Positions 9,706 through 19,748 of a DNA stretch of 64,000 nt are shown piece after piece. The first letter of the stretch is position 1. Each line of letters starts with the position of its first letter. Origin of the DNA: an uncultured virus (IMG/VR IMGVR_UViG_3300021387_000129) (lineage: Duplodnaviria; Heunggongvirae; Uroviricota; Caudoviricetes); the IMG/VR virus record IMGVR_UViG_3300021387_000129; one strand, 5' to 3'. The notes beneath the pieces were generated by a model, which saw only the letters and a list, made by a program, of their open reading frames with translations, searched no databases and had not been told where the DNA came from. The position numbers were made by a program, and so were the translations under genes.

Positions 9706-12700
9706 TTATTTGCCTAGTCCACGAACGTAGTAAAAGTCTCGTTCGTTCAGTTCTGCCTGCACGTCATTGATAATGCCGCCAACAAGAAGCCGACCATCAA
9801 GGTAGAGCTTCATCTTGGCCATGTCATCTCCGAGTGTCCCAATGCTGGTGTTAAGCGTCTCGATATTAGAGTTAATAGTGTCAAGACGAGAGCTATAATC
9901 CGGAATCTTGATCTGCTCATAAAAGTCTTCAGGTAAAGTAACCTTGAACCCTGTAAAGGTTCCGTTTGCATAACCCGTAAGCCCACTATCCTGCAGCTGC
10001 TTCTGAATGTCGCCCATCTCAAGAATCGGTGTGACTCTGATCTTGACGTCATTGTTTGCCGGATCATCGAATGCTGCCTGGATTCCCTGTGCAATGGTTA
10101 GAGCGATAGACGTACCAACGCTCGTAAGCTGTTCGTAATTGTCTTCGCTGTTCACATACTCAACAAGACTTTCGATCAGGGGCGTAAGTGCATTCTTGAT
10201 CAAGGTGGGATCTAATGCCGTCAGACGGTTAATGCCATTAGACACTGTGCTGATGTTGGATACGTAGTCCACCTTTCCAAACTCATTAAACGCTTCGCCC
10301 ATGAGTTTTACCAGACGGAATACCTGCATAGGTCCATCGAAGTTGCTGGTTCCAAACGATGAGAAAGAGTCAACAAATCCTTGCAATACATCTTTCTTAC
10401 CCATTAAATATTCGATGCCCTGAATCAGTGCTGTCATGGATTTCTCACCATTCATGACGTCATAAGTTCCATTCGTCTGAAGGATATACATGTTCCTAAT
10501 TGCATCAATCAACAGAGATACACCTTCAATAGACTTGTGAACCTTGTCAATATCGATCGGATTTTCAGCATTGTTGAATACCGTTTCAAGATATTCATAG
10601 AACTTTGCTATCTTCACACCAAAGCTAATCTTGCCAGATTCTTCAGGAATAAGTGCATCCCCGAAGTTCCTTAGAGATTCAGCGATACCAATCTGATTCA
10701 CAGTAGCAGCCATGTACGCCAATTCTTTCATGATGCCAATTACCTGAGAAATAGAGGCAAGATCCAGATCGCTGATTGTGTAATCAGTGTCTCCAATCTT
10801 TCTGGTTGTTGTCCCTAAATCGATCATGAAGGTTGCGACATCAGCAGCAAAGGTTTCGGCGTTTTGGAATACTTGTTTAATGCTGTTGGTGTTCTTATTG
10901 CTGATGACACTGGCTGCATTGGCAACCGATTCAACAGTCATAAGAGCCTTTTGCAGCCGTTCAGCGCTAATATCAGCATCAGACTTTTCTATTTTGATTG
11001 CGTCAAAGAACTTCTGGACATTGATACCAAGCTCCTGAATGTCAAGCCCAAACTGAGTCAAATCTGTTGAACCGACGAAGACACGACGAATCCAGCTGCT
11101 TCCGAATTTGGACGCACGTTCGCCAATCGTAGTCAGCATCGTAAGAGCGTATTCAGCTGCCTTAACATCATCTTCTTTGATCTCTTTGATAGAACCGGAG
11201 AAGCTTTCAAGCCCACCACCAAGCGCATTCATCTTGCTGGCAAATGAGCCAATCTCTTCTTCAGATGTACCATCGGAAATTGTCAGACTGTTGATTGCAT
11301 TAAAGAACTCTTGGATGGAGTCGCCTTTGTCTTTTGTAAATCCCTGTACTGCATTCCCGAGAGAAGCGAGCACTCCTGCAAACATCAGAAGACGTTCACT
11401 GGCAGCCCACATGTCTTTTGTGTCAGTGCTGAAGGTTTCTGTATTCAGCTGGTTGGCAAGCCCCATGATACCTTCATCACTGATAATCTTGGTCAGGAAA
11501 GTTTTGGCTGCTTCAACCACACTGTCATCAAAAGCACCGTCACTCTTGCTAAAGGATAAGGCATTTCCGAGAGAGGCCATCGCGTATTTAAACCGATTGA
11601 AGGTGTCATCTTTCTCGGTAAACTCAACGAACGTCCGCATCTCATCTGTCATTCCGAGGATTTTCTCAATACCTTCAGCCGTATCCTTAGCACTGGATGC
11701 GCGCGAGAGCATAAATGAGAAGAAACCGAACGATGTGCTCAAAGTGTTAAGCATTGTCTTCATCGTTTCCACATCATTGCTATATGCTGAAATATCACGG
11801 ATCTTGCCCATAATATCGAGTATATGGCCAAACAAAGTCGTAACTGATTCGTATTTACCGATAACCGTTTCGATATCTGTCATCGCATCGGCCATGGTTG
11901 CCGCGAATGTTCCAACAGAAGCACCGACATCTGTAAACGTTCCAAGGAACTGCTGAATAACGTCGTTAATTGAACTGCCAACAATTTCAATGCCTGCTCC
12001 AGCTGCGGCAGAGCCAACAAGCTTCCCACCAGCTTCGCTAAGAGCATCCGTCGCTTTTGTGAACGCGCCTATGTTTTTTGTAACCTTTACGGTTTCCTTG
12101 CGCCCATTTTTAAAATCATCGGCAACCTCTGCCAGTCCAAGAACAGTCTCTCCACCTTTAGCAATACCGTATACGATGGCAAGAGTTTCAAACAAACTTT
12201 TAAGTTTATCGAGTACAGTATTAGCTCTATCGAACTGGTTTTCGTCCATGTTTGCTGCATAAGCCACCAAAGCCATCGCAGCAATTAATGCTGTAAGGAA
12301 ACGTTTAAATACGGCTTCAATGCTATTTCTTGCTTCTACTTTTTCAGCCATTGATCCGGCAACGTCTATTCCAGAAACAAGGTCTTTGATCAATTCAATG
12401 ATCTTGATTAACAAAATACCGCCCATTAATATAGCTGCATATTTTGGAGTCTGTTGCAAGAATTCATTTGACGTGATGAAGTTGAACACATTACTGATGC
12501 CTTCCATCGTATCTTCAAGCATCGTTTGCGCACCGAATTCTTTGGAAGATCCTCCTCCAGTAAATTGACCATCAATATTACTGAGTTCTTTAGTAAGATT
12601 TCCCTTGAATTGATCCACATTCTTCTCAACTTGTCCTGCTACTTTCTCGCTGGCCTTTTCAGCATCTCCTTCTTTCGGAGTGAAAGAATTCATAAGATTG

Positions 12701-15700
12701 TCGAAGAACTCCTGGAGTAACTTCGGCCCTTCAGTAACAATAGTAGTAAACGCCGATGAAATAAACGTCGGCAGGGTAGTGGTAATGAAGTTCTTGATGG
12801 TCTCACCAAATTTATTAATAGCTTCCTCAATCTTCTTGGCATTCTCCTCACCGAATACGTCCGCTAATGCATCTCCAACGGACTTCTTACCCGCGAGGAT
12901 ATCACTGGCATAACCAAGAAATTTCTGGATATCGCTGATGGTGTTGTTCCAGCCATTAATGATATACGGAAGGATAAGCCCAAAGGCATTCTGGATCTTT
13001 TCACCAATGCTAACAAATAGATCGTTAATGCCGAGCGCATCCTTGGATTCGGTAGGACCACCAACCTTATCCTTGATCTCTTTATACGCATCGTCAACTC
13101 GATCCATGATTGGATTGAAAAATCCGTAGTCCTGTTTGCCTTGCAGTGTCCTCTGAACAAACCGGAATCCCCTGCGAATATAGCCAGGAATCGTTTCAAG
13201 CCAGCCCATAATGTTCAGGCCAATGCTTGCAATTTTCTTCTTCAGATCCGCATGCTCACCTTCAGCATTAAGCCAGCCATCAAATATGGTTCTGACGCTT
13301 TCCCACCATTGTCCTGCATTTGTCTTGATGGCTTCAAACCCTTCGCTGATCTTTCCCGGAATCGTTTCCGTAATCAGCTTCTTGATTGTTTCTCCAAGGG
13401 CAAGAAGGCTCTTCTGAAGTTCACTCTGTTCCTTAGTTTCAGTTGCGCCTTCCTCAACAGCTTCACCAACGCCTTCTGCAGCTGCACTGCTTACAGGAAT
13501 CTTAACCCTCTCAAGAATGGCACTAACGCCCTGAAGAGCCATGTTCAGGCCGGTAACAATCCAACCAGGAAGTTTTTGGAATGCATCGACAATTGCCTGA
13601 CCAAGTTCCTCAACGAATTCCTCCCATTTTGATTTCTGCTTGGGTACTTCTCGTTTGAGGTAATTCCGAGGCAAACTCTTTTCAATTTCTTCAGCAGCTT
13701 GATCTTCATCATTACCGGTAAGCGAGCTGTAAATCCTGTCCCAAAGCTTACTGATTTCTTTGATGGCATTGTCAACAAAGGTGACCAGCGTCCCAGGAAT
13801 AGAAGCAATGAATCCTCCAACAGTTTCAGCAAACCCTTTGATGGCGCTTTCCGTTGCGGTTGCTTCCTTACCTTCAGATCCTTCACCGGTGAAGATGTTG
13901 CTGATCTTCTGAGGAATGCTCGTGATGAAGTCGATCACTGTAGGCCATACTTCTTTAGCTTTGGTATCGATCCAGGCGATGGCTTCTGCAACCTTGTTTC
14001 CCAACCATTTTGTATTGTACTCATTGTCGGTACTGCCACTGAAGAAGCTGATTAAGAGGTTTTTGAGATCATTAATAACACCGGTCAGCAATTCTTTCAG
14101 GTTGCCATTCTTGATGGTTTCGCCAACCCGATTCCAGATGCTTACGATGGTGTTCTTAATGTTCGATGCTGCCTGCTGCAAAGTGTCTGCAAACTCAAGC
14201 AGCTTCTTCCGCATTTCCTCGGCCCGAACGGTTCCAAAGATCCGATCCATCAGCATGCCAATGCCGGTTCTTCCTTCCCATTCTCGTTTCTGGCCGTCTA
14301 CTACTGCGGATTTCTTTTCATAGAAAATCTTCTTAAAAATATCAGAGAGGGAGAATTTAGGCAGTTTCTTGATCCACTTCTTGATGGAGGTGTTCAAGTT
14401 TTTCAGCCATGTAGTTAACGTCGTGTCAACCGTGTAGGTATACTTCTTACCATCTGCAGTTTCAAACGTCTTCTTCTGGAAAAATATACCGTAGATGGTT
14501 TCATAAAGCATGTTGGCAATGTTGCCCAACCGTTCAGGAATGCTTGCGATGAAATCTAAGAAAGTCTTCTTGAGACTGTCAAACCAGATCTCCAAGTTCA
14601 CCGCAAGATCAGACTTGGCATCCCATTCAACCCGGGTGCCATCAGACATTTCCATTGTCTTGTGGGAAACAAATAACCCACTAATAGCTTCCTGAATCTT
14701 GTTGAAGAAGTTGCCAACCTTTGTAGGAAGATCAGCAATCCACTGCTTAACGTCGGTAGTTGCCTGCTGTACCCATGCATCCGCGTCCTTCAGGAACTGG
14801 TTGGTATTGAAAAAGTTGATGATCCGTGAGAAGAAACCACTATTTTGATTTTCCTCAGTCTCTCCTTCAACCTTCTCGCTGATGCCAAGAAGCTGCCTCA
14901 AGTCACCAATCAGCGCTTTGAAGAAATCTCCGACAGCGGTGATAGCTCCTGTGCATGCATCCTTCAAACTATTGATATCAGCCGCAATCCCAGCCATTAC
15001 GCCATGGTCGTTTGCTTCCTGAGCAGATTCACCACCGAGAAGCTCTATCAGCAATCCCAGCGCATCCGCAAAGAAGCTGATGTTCATAGCTGCCGTGTCG
15101 ATACTCATGCTGAGGAAGAAAGCGCCGATATCACCCAAGAAGCCGAGAACCTGACCAAGTACATCTGCTACGGGTTTGAGCACGATATACATGTTATCAA
15201 TGGATTCGCGCAGCTTATTGAACGGTGAATTCTTGTCATCTGCGGCCGCGCCAAGCGTTGATAATGGCCGAATCAGTGTGTCCAGTGCTTTGAACAACCC
15301 ATTAAGAACCGGCTTTACAAGATTGTATGCCGTACTGATCGCATATCCCGCAATGCCAACCACTTCAGACACAATGCGGATGGCGTTCGTAAACCTCTGC
15401 AATGGGGTGGTATCTTCACCTTCCTGTTGCGTTGTAAGCCATTCATTAAACCGTGAAGTAGCTTCCGCAAACTGTTTGCTGAGCCTGGCGAGAGTGAATC
15501 CAAGTGTCTTTGCATCAGGGGCAAATTTACCCATAGCCTCCGTGACCTTACCAAGGATGCTATCAATATTCTGCAGAGCCTCGATCATGTAGTCTCGACC
15601 ACTTTTGCCTTCCGCAGAAGCATCTGACTGGGCCCAGGCACCAAGAACTTCATTCCGCCATTCACCAATGGAATAAATGGCGTTTGCCAGATCGCTCTCG

Positions 15701-16947
15701 GTCAACCAGGTAAAGAACTCAGTGGCCTCATCCAACTTACCGAAAATATACTCAAAGGAAGTGCTCCAACCCGTGGAAATAACATCCTTCAGGGTGTTGA
15801 ACACGTCGGTCAGGCTTCGGGCTTCCTTAGCCGCCATATAAGCTTTGTAGGCCAACTCGCCATACGTCCGGATGAAAGGCTGAACACCCATTTCCTGCAT
15901 GGTCTTCTGGTATTCACGCTCACCCTTTTGGGTGCGAAGACGATCAAGTTCTTCCTGAGTATGACCATCTTCAAGAAATTGCTTCTCTGCCAGACGGACC
16001 ATCTGTTTCTTGATCTCTTCCGGGTCAATCACGTCCATATAATAGGTTCCACCAAATAACTGGTTCATCGCTTCTTTATTGATAAAATTATACCGAAGCG
16101 AATCACTCAGATTCTCAGTGGTAACCTTTTTGCCAGACGTTACTTTCTTGTCCTTCTTGTTGGTTGTGGTATAGGTCGTCTTGCCAAGCTTATCGACTTT
16201 CTTAGTCAACGTGCCCGCTGCAACAGCCGCCTCAAGCATCTGATTCTTGAATTCGGCAGTAGTCATGTTCAGCAGTTCCAAAGACCGGTAGTCCGTATAC
16301 TTCAACACACCGCTGGAATATGCCTGACTCAGATTGTAATATGCCCTGCTGGCATCCTGAGCGTTAATACCCGCAATAGCACAGGCGTTGGCGATACCTT
16401 CCACAGATTTGGCAGCTTCGTCAATATTGACGCCTGCCGCAACCATCTTGGACATGGCGTCGGTCATCTGTTCCAAAGAATATGAGGTCTGGTCTGAATA
16501 TGCAGCCAGTCGCTCAATATTCTGATACGCCTTTTCCTGCCCGACACCGGCACTCACCATAGTTCGAACACTCGTCAGCATCTGCTCATATTTACCCATA
16601 CCTGCGTTGAATTGCTGCGAGGTCAGGGTATTAATAAGCCCATGGATGCTGCTCTGCATCTTGAAAAATACACCGGCCACCTGATCAGCCAGACCACTGA
16701 GCAGCTTCTGCTTGATCATACCTGTGAAGTTAGTGAACCGGTCCGTCAGCTTCTCCAGGGATTTTGAGGCGTCCTGACTGGCCTTTTCAGTCTTCTCTGC
16801 CAGATCGGTAATGGACTTGCTGCCATCCTTAATCTGCAGGGATTTCTTTAATTCGTCCAGTTTCTTAACGGTTTTGTCGACGCCTTTCTCGAATTCAGTT
16901 GCGTCAAATTTTGCCGCTACTATCCGCTCGTCAACCTCGTTTGCCAT
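9706..16947 (-). CDS. Tape measure protein
   Basis: 2413 aa helical protein; N-terminal LAAYSDQTSYSLEQMT...AYYNLSQA tape-measure motif; synteny. Confidence 0.92.
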   Translation of the reverse strand: MANEVDERIVAAKFDATEFEKGVDKTVKKLDELKKSLQIKDGSKSITDLAEKTEKASQDASKSLEKLTDRFTNFTGMIKQKLLSGLADQVAGVFFKMQSSIHGLINTLTSQQFNAGMGKYEQMLTSVRTMVSAGVGQEKAYQNIERLAAYSDQTSYSLEQMTDAMSKMVAAGVNIDEAAKSVEGIANACAIAGINAQDASRAYYNLSQAYSSGVLKYTDYRSLELLNMTTAEFKNQMLEAAVAAGTLTKKVDKLGKTTYTTTNKKDKKVTSGKKVTTENLSDSLRYNFINKEAMNQLFGGTYYMDVIDPEEIKKQMVRLAEKQFLEDGHTQEELDRLRTQKGEREYQKTMQEMGVQPFIRTYGELAYKAYMAAKEARSLTDVFNTLKDVISTGWSTSFEYIFGKLDEATEFFTWLTESDLANAIYSIGEWRNEVLGAWAQSDASAEGKSGRDYMIEALQNIDSILGKVTEAMGKFAPDAKTLGFTLARLSKQFAEATSRFNEWLTTQQEGEDTTPLQRFTNAIRIVSEVVGIAGYAISTAYNLVKPVLNGLFKALDTLIRPLSTLGAAADDKNSPFNKLRESIDNMYIVLKPVADVLGQVLGFLGDIGAFFLSMSIDTAAMNISFFADALGLLIELLGGESAQEANDHGVMAGIAADINSLKDACTGAITAVGDFFKALIGDLRQLLGISEKVEGETEENQNSGFFSRIINFFNTNQFLKDADAWVQQATTDVKQWIADLPTKVGNFFNKIQEAISGLFVSHKTMEMSDGTRVEWDAKSDLAVNLEIWFDSLKKTFLDFIASIPERLGNIANMLYETIYGIFFQKKTFETADGKKYTYTVDTTLTTWLKNLNTSIKKWIKKLPKFSLSDIFKKIFYEKKSAVVDGQKREWEGRTGIGMLMDRIFGTVRAEEMRKKLLEFADTLQQAASNIKNTIVSIWNRVGETIKNGNLKELLTGVINDLKNLLISFFSGSTDNEYNTKWLGNKVAEAIAWIDTKAKEVWPTVIDFITSIPQKISNIFTGEGSEGKEATATESAIKGFAETVGGFIASIPGTLVTFVDNAIKEISKLWDRIYSSLTGNDEDQAAEEIEKSLPRNYLKREVPKQKSKWEEFVEELGQAIVDAFQKLPGWIVTGLNMALQGVSAILERVKIPVSSAAAEGVGEAVEEGATETKEQSELQKSLLALGETIKKLITETIPGKISEGFEAIKTNAGQWWESVRTIFDGWLNAEGEHADLKKKIASIGLNIMGWLETIPGYIRRGFRFVQRTLQGKQDYGFFNPIMDRVDDAYKEIKDKVGGPTESKDALGINDLFVSIGEKIQNAFGLILPYIINGWNNTISDIQKFLGYASDILAGKKSVGDALADVFGEENAKKIEEAINKFGETIKNFITTTLPTFISSAFTTIVTEGPKLLQEFFDNLMNSFTPKEGDAEKASEKVAGQVEKNVDQFKGNLTKELSNIDGQFTGGGSSKEFGAQTMLEDTMEGISNVFNFITSNEFLQQTPKYAAILMGGILLIKIIELIKDLVSGIDVAGSMAEKVEARNSIEAVFKRFLTALIAAMALVAYAANMDENQFDRANTVLDKLKSLFETLAIVYGIAKGGETVLGLAEVADDFKNGRKETVKVTKNIGAFTKATDALSEAGGKLVGSAAAGAGIEIVGSSINDVIQQFLGTFTDVGASVGTFAATMADAMTDIETVIGKYESVTTLFGHILDIMGKIRDISAYSNDVETMKTMLNTLSTSFGFFSFMLSRASSAKDTAEGIEKILGMTDEMRTFVEFTEKDDTFNRFKYAMASLGNALSFSKSDGAFDDSVVEAAKTFLTKIISDEGIMGLANQLNTETFSTDTKDMWAASERLLMFAGVLASLGNAVQGFTKDKGDSIQEFFNAINSLTISDGTSEEEIGSFASKMNALGGGLESFSGSIKEIKEDDVKAAEYALTMLTTIGERASKFGSSWIRRVFVGSTDLTQFGLDIQELGINVQKFFDAIKIEKSDADISAERLQKALMTVESVANAASVISNKNTNSIKQVFQNAETFAADVATFMIDLGTTTRKIGDTDYTISDLDLASISQVIGIMKELAYMAATVNQIGIAESLRNFGDALIPEESGKISFGVKIAKFYEYLETVFNNAENPIDIDKVHKSIEGVSLLIDAIRNMYILQTNGTYDVMNGEKSMTALIQGIEYLMGKKDVLQGFVDSFSSFGTSNFDGPMQVFRLVKLMGEAFNEFGKVDYVSNISTVSNGINRLTALDPTLIKNALTPLIESLVEYVNSEDNYEQLTSVGTSIALTIAQGIQAAFDDPANNDVKIRVTPILEMGDIQKQLQDSGLTGYANGTFTGFKVTLPEDFYEQIKIPDYSSRLDTINSNIETLNTSIGTLGDDMAKMKLYLDGRLLVGGIINDVQAELNERDFYYVRGLGK

Positions 16948-17329
16948 TGGCGGTTACCTCCTTCCAAGCTTCATTGGCCATGTTCTCAAATACACTTTGT
17001 ACAGCAGGGTTGATGTAGTCGATGCCTTTCACAAACCCGCCGTTATTGGTTGCGTGTCCATATTGCAGCAATATAGCGACGTTCACATGATCTACCACAT
17101 TGCTGTTCTTCCACACGATTGAATACCGTCCATCTTCTTTCACGATCTCATAACTCCAGGAATCTGCCGTCTTACCGGTATCTTTGGGGGTTGCGGCCTG
17201 CAGCGCCTTCACACCCCGTTCGCCATATTTGCGTAATATAGCTTCAATCACCGGTCGGATCTTCAGACTCTTGGCGAGGAACTTCTCCAGATGATTGAAG
17301 TTTCCCCGATGTTCAAAGTTAATCTTCAC
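16931..17329 (-). CDS. Tail completion protein (HK97 gp10-like)
   Basis: ATPKDTGKTADSW...LQYGH...YINPA motif. Confidence 0.75.
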   Translation of the reverse strand: MKINFEHRGNFNHLEKFLAKSLKIRPVIEAILRKYGERGVKALQAATPKDTGKTADSWSYEIVKEDGRYSIVWKNSNVVDHVNVAILLQYGHATNNGGFVKGIDYINPAVQSVFENMANEAWKEVTANGKRG

Positions 17330-17865
17330 TTCTTGCGTGCCGCCCTGCGCATGGCATTAAGGCGGTCATTCTCCCTGTAAATGGCATTCTTGTCCATCAT
17401 CTGATTACTCCCCTTGATGCTGCAGATCCGAATCAGGGTAAGAAGCCGACTCAGGTGCCATTTCTGGTATTCGGAGGGGATGTTGTGATAGATCATCCAG
17501 TAATATATGAGCTCGGACGTGATGATTTCATGCCCGCCGCGATGTTGACGACGATCAAAAATTTTGGTCGCTGTTTGCTCCGTGCTAATGTAGTCCTCAA
17601 TCTGCTGGTATATCTCAAACGGGATATACTCATACACCTGGGGATCTACATGTTGCGTGATCGTCATGCAGCGAATATAATCCAGCATCTCCTCCCTCTC
17701 GTGTGGTTCCTCAGTCAGGAAGGGTTTCTTCCATTTTGATTCCCATTTCGAGAGGGAGATGAGAGAATGCTCAAGCTGCAATTTAGTCTCCTTCACAGTA
17801 ACAAACTCAACACCGTCGGCTCGTTCAACGGCGAGCTCTCTTTCAGGAATTGTAATCTCAAGCAT
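17326..17865 (-). CDS. Tail assembly chaperone-like protein
   Basis: Between MTP and TMP; LEHSLISLSKWESKW...WHLSRLLTLI. Confidence 0.65.
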   Translation of the reverse strand: MLEITIPERELAVERADGVEFVTVKETKLQLEHSLISLSKWESKWKKPFLTEEPHEREEMLDYIRCMTITQHVDPQVYEYIPFEIYQQIEDYISTEQTATKIFDRRQHRGGHEIITSELIYYWMIYHNIPSEYQKWHLSRLLTLIRICSIKGSNQMMDKNAIYRENDRLNAMRRAARKK

Positions 17866-17880
17866 TCTCTCAGTCCTCCG

Positions 17881-18309
17881 TTACTTGTTTTCTTCCGTTA
17901 CGGGGTGCAGCAGACTTACGTCGCCGACCTCCACGGCTTTCCCAGGCGCTGCTTCTGCCGGTACAATACCATTGATAAACGCAGCCGCTGCCTCTGCGTC
18001 AGAGATCAACTCCATGTATAGGTTTGAGTAGGCCTCGGTCTGCGAAAAGGCTTCGGAAAGTTCAGGACTTTTGACAAAGCGCCGCCCGTCAGCGCTCTTC
18101 TCACCATACGCCTTGAAGATGATGGTCTTGAAGGCATCGATGATTTTGGGAATGTCTTGTTTGTCTATAATGTTCTGTAGGAGCTGCCTAAAACCGCCGG
18201 TCGTGCCCAATTCCATGTCCAGTAGTTCAGCCTTCGTGAGGTTAAAGTAGAAGTTTTCGGAACGTTCGACACCGTTGTAATCGGTGTAATGGATAAGTTT
18301 TTTAAGCAC
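17881..18309 (-). CDS. Tail assembly chaperone
   Basis: GTG start after AAAGGAG; immediately downstream of the major tail gene. Confidence 0.7.
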   Translation of the reverse strand: MLKKLIHYTDYNGVERSENFYFNLTKAELLDMELGTTGGFRQLLQNIIDKQDIPKIIDAFKTIIFKAYGEKSADGRRFVKSPELSEAFSQTEAYSNLYMELISDAEAAAAFINGIVPAEAAPGKAVEVGDVSLLHPVTEENK

Positions 18310-18363
18310 TGGAAACGATCTCCTTTCTTTTACGCCAGGTAATTAATATTCATGTAAGGGCCC

Positions 18364-18399
18364 AAAAAGGAGGGCCTCCTGGTGGAAAGAGACCCTCCT
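18364..18399 (-). terminator. Intrinsic terminator after major tail gene
   Basis: AGGAGGGTCTC...GAGGCCCTCCT followed by TTTT on the minus strand. Confidence 0.8.
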
Positions 18400-18410
18400 G
18401 AATTGGTTGA

Positions 18411-19100
18411 TTAAGTCATGGCGGTGATGATGCCCTGAGGCCGGGGCAGGGTGGGTTCTGCGTTGGTGGTGCCGAAGATCGTTTCCTCAAGCGTAGTCAG
18501 CTTGGTAAGGCCAGAAGCGTCCAGCTTGGTGCTGTCGATTTCGATGGTGCAAACAGCCTTATAAGTGCTGCCATCGCCCACCTGAGTGGAAGTAGCACTG
18601 GCTTCCCAGCTGAAGCTGATCGCGTCCGGATTCTCGTTGATCGTCGCGAATGCACGGCTGGAAGGAGAAGCAGTGCAGTTATAGATGATATGGAGCTTGT
18701 GGCCCTTGTCCATGCTGGGATGCATGTCGTCACCAACCTGGGTCACATACACCAGCGCGAAGGCCGCACGACCCTGCTGTCCAAGATACACACCGGGAAC
18801 GGCCTGCTTGGAACCGTCGCACTCTTTCCACTCATCCGGATAGTCATAAGCTTCAATAGTGAAGCCAAAGTTTTCCGCAGCACGCATGGAGGCGTACTTG
18901 ATGTTGTCGGCATACAGGTCAGTCAGGTCTGCACCACCGGGGTTCTCGGTGATCGCAGTCACACCACTCCAGGCTACACCGGTCAGATAAGCGCTAGTGT
19001 CGCTAGCCGTGGCATTGGGATTCGCCCGAAACAGAGCAACCTTACTTACACCCGCCTGAATATTTCTGGTACCGTCCAGATCCCATACGAGTTTAGCCAT
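18411..19100 (-). CDS. Major tail protein
   Basis: GVAWSGVTAITE...LYADNIKY...TIEAY.YP.E..ECDG...ISFSWE; synteny. Confidence 0.88.
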   Translation of the reverse strand: MAKLVWDLDGTRNIQAGVSKVALFRANPNATASDTSAYLTGVAWSGVTAITENPGGADLTDLYADNIKYASMRAAENFGFTIEAYDYPDEWKECDGSKQAVPGVYLGQQGRAAFALVYVTQVGDDMHPSMDKGHKLHIIYNCTASPSSRAFATINENPDAISFSWEASATSTQVGDGSTYKAVCTIEIDSTKLDASGLTKLTTLEETIFGTTNAEPTLPRPQGIITAMT

Positions 19101-19114
19101 AGTTATTTCCTCCG

Positions 19115-19417
19115 TTAATAGAAAATGGTATACACAAAATGATGCAGATTATCCGATGTAAATGTCCGGTTCATGCTGCAATATCGCAGATCATCTAGCG
19201 TGTTTGCCATCGGATCGTCTGGATCTTTTGTGATATAGGTGAGGGAATATCGTTTGATTCGCCGGTATTGCCGGTCATCTGCTGGAATATCATTTTGATT
19301 TTCCAGACTGTATACGATACATGGAAACCGTAACCTTACGGATTCCGGAGGCTGAAAATAAACATTCGCAGAGCCAAGCGTTTCCCTCAGCAGCGCGTCA
19401 AGCTCATTCCGGTTCAT
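19115..19417 (-). CDS. Tail terminator / neck protein
   Basis: Start moved to MNRNEL (GGAGG RBS); NVYFQPPESVRLRFPCIVY. Confidence 0.7.
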   Translation of the reverse strand: MNRNELDALLRETLGSANVYFQPPESVRLRFPCIVYSLENQNDIPADDRQYRRIKRYSLTYITKDPDDPMANTLDDLRYCSMNRTFTSDNLHHFVYTIFY

Positions 19418-19736
19418 TGTACAGTCCTCCGATCGTAAGAACGATGCGGGGCCGCTGGATCTCCACATTAGTGATTTTCCAAGCGGACCCCTGCCATCGT
19501 ACATATTTCATCGAGCCGATGTTGTCATAGGCAAACTGATCGGCTACGATGCTGATAGTGTTATTGATGACCGGATTGTCATTCAGTGACATGCCGTTTT
19601 CCCAACGACGGGCATTACGCACCACGTCTCCGTAGTAGTTCCGTTTCCTCAGCACCTCCTCGTATACACTTGGATGGTTCACGGGATCGGTTTCCTCCGT
19701 CCGCAAAAATCCGACTTCTCCGTAAAATCTGGCCAT
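19404..19736 (-). CDS. Head-tail adaptor / stopper
   Basis: 110-aa beta-rich protein immediately after the capsid gene. Confidence 0.7.
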   Translation of the reverse strand: MARFYGEVGFLRTEETDPVNHPSVYEEVLRKRNYYGDVVRNARRWENGMSLNDNPVINNTISIVADQFAYDNIGSMKYVRWQGSAWKITNVEIQRPRIVLTIGGLYNEPE

Positions 19737-19748
19737 CAGATCACCTCA

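Noticed and set aside
17326..18309. Programmed frameshift between tail chaperones
   Set aside because: The second ORF has its own GGAGG RBS in a 15-nt gap and I saw no clear slippery heptamer.
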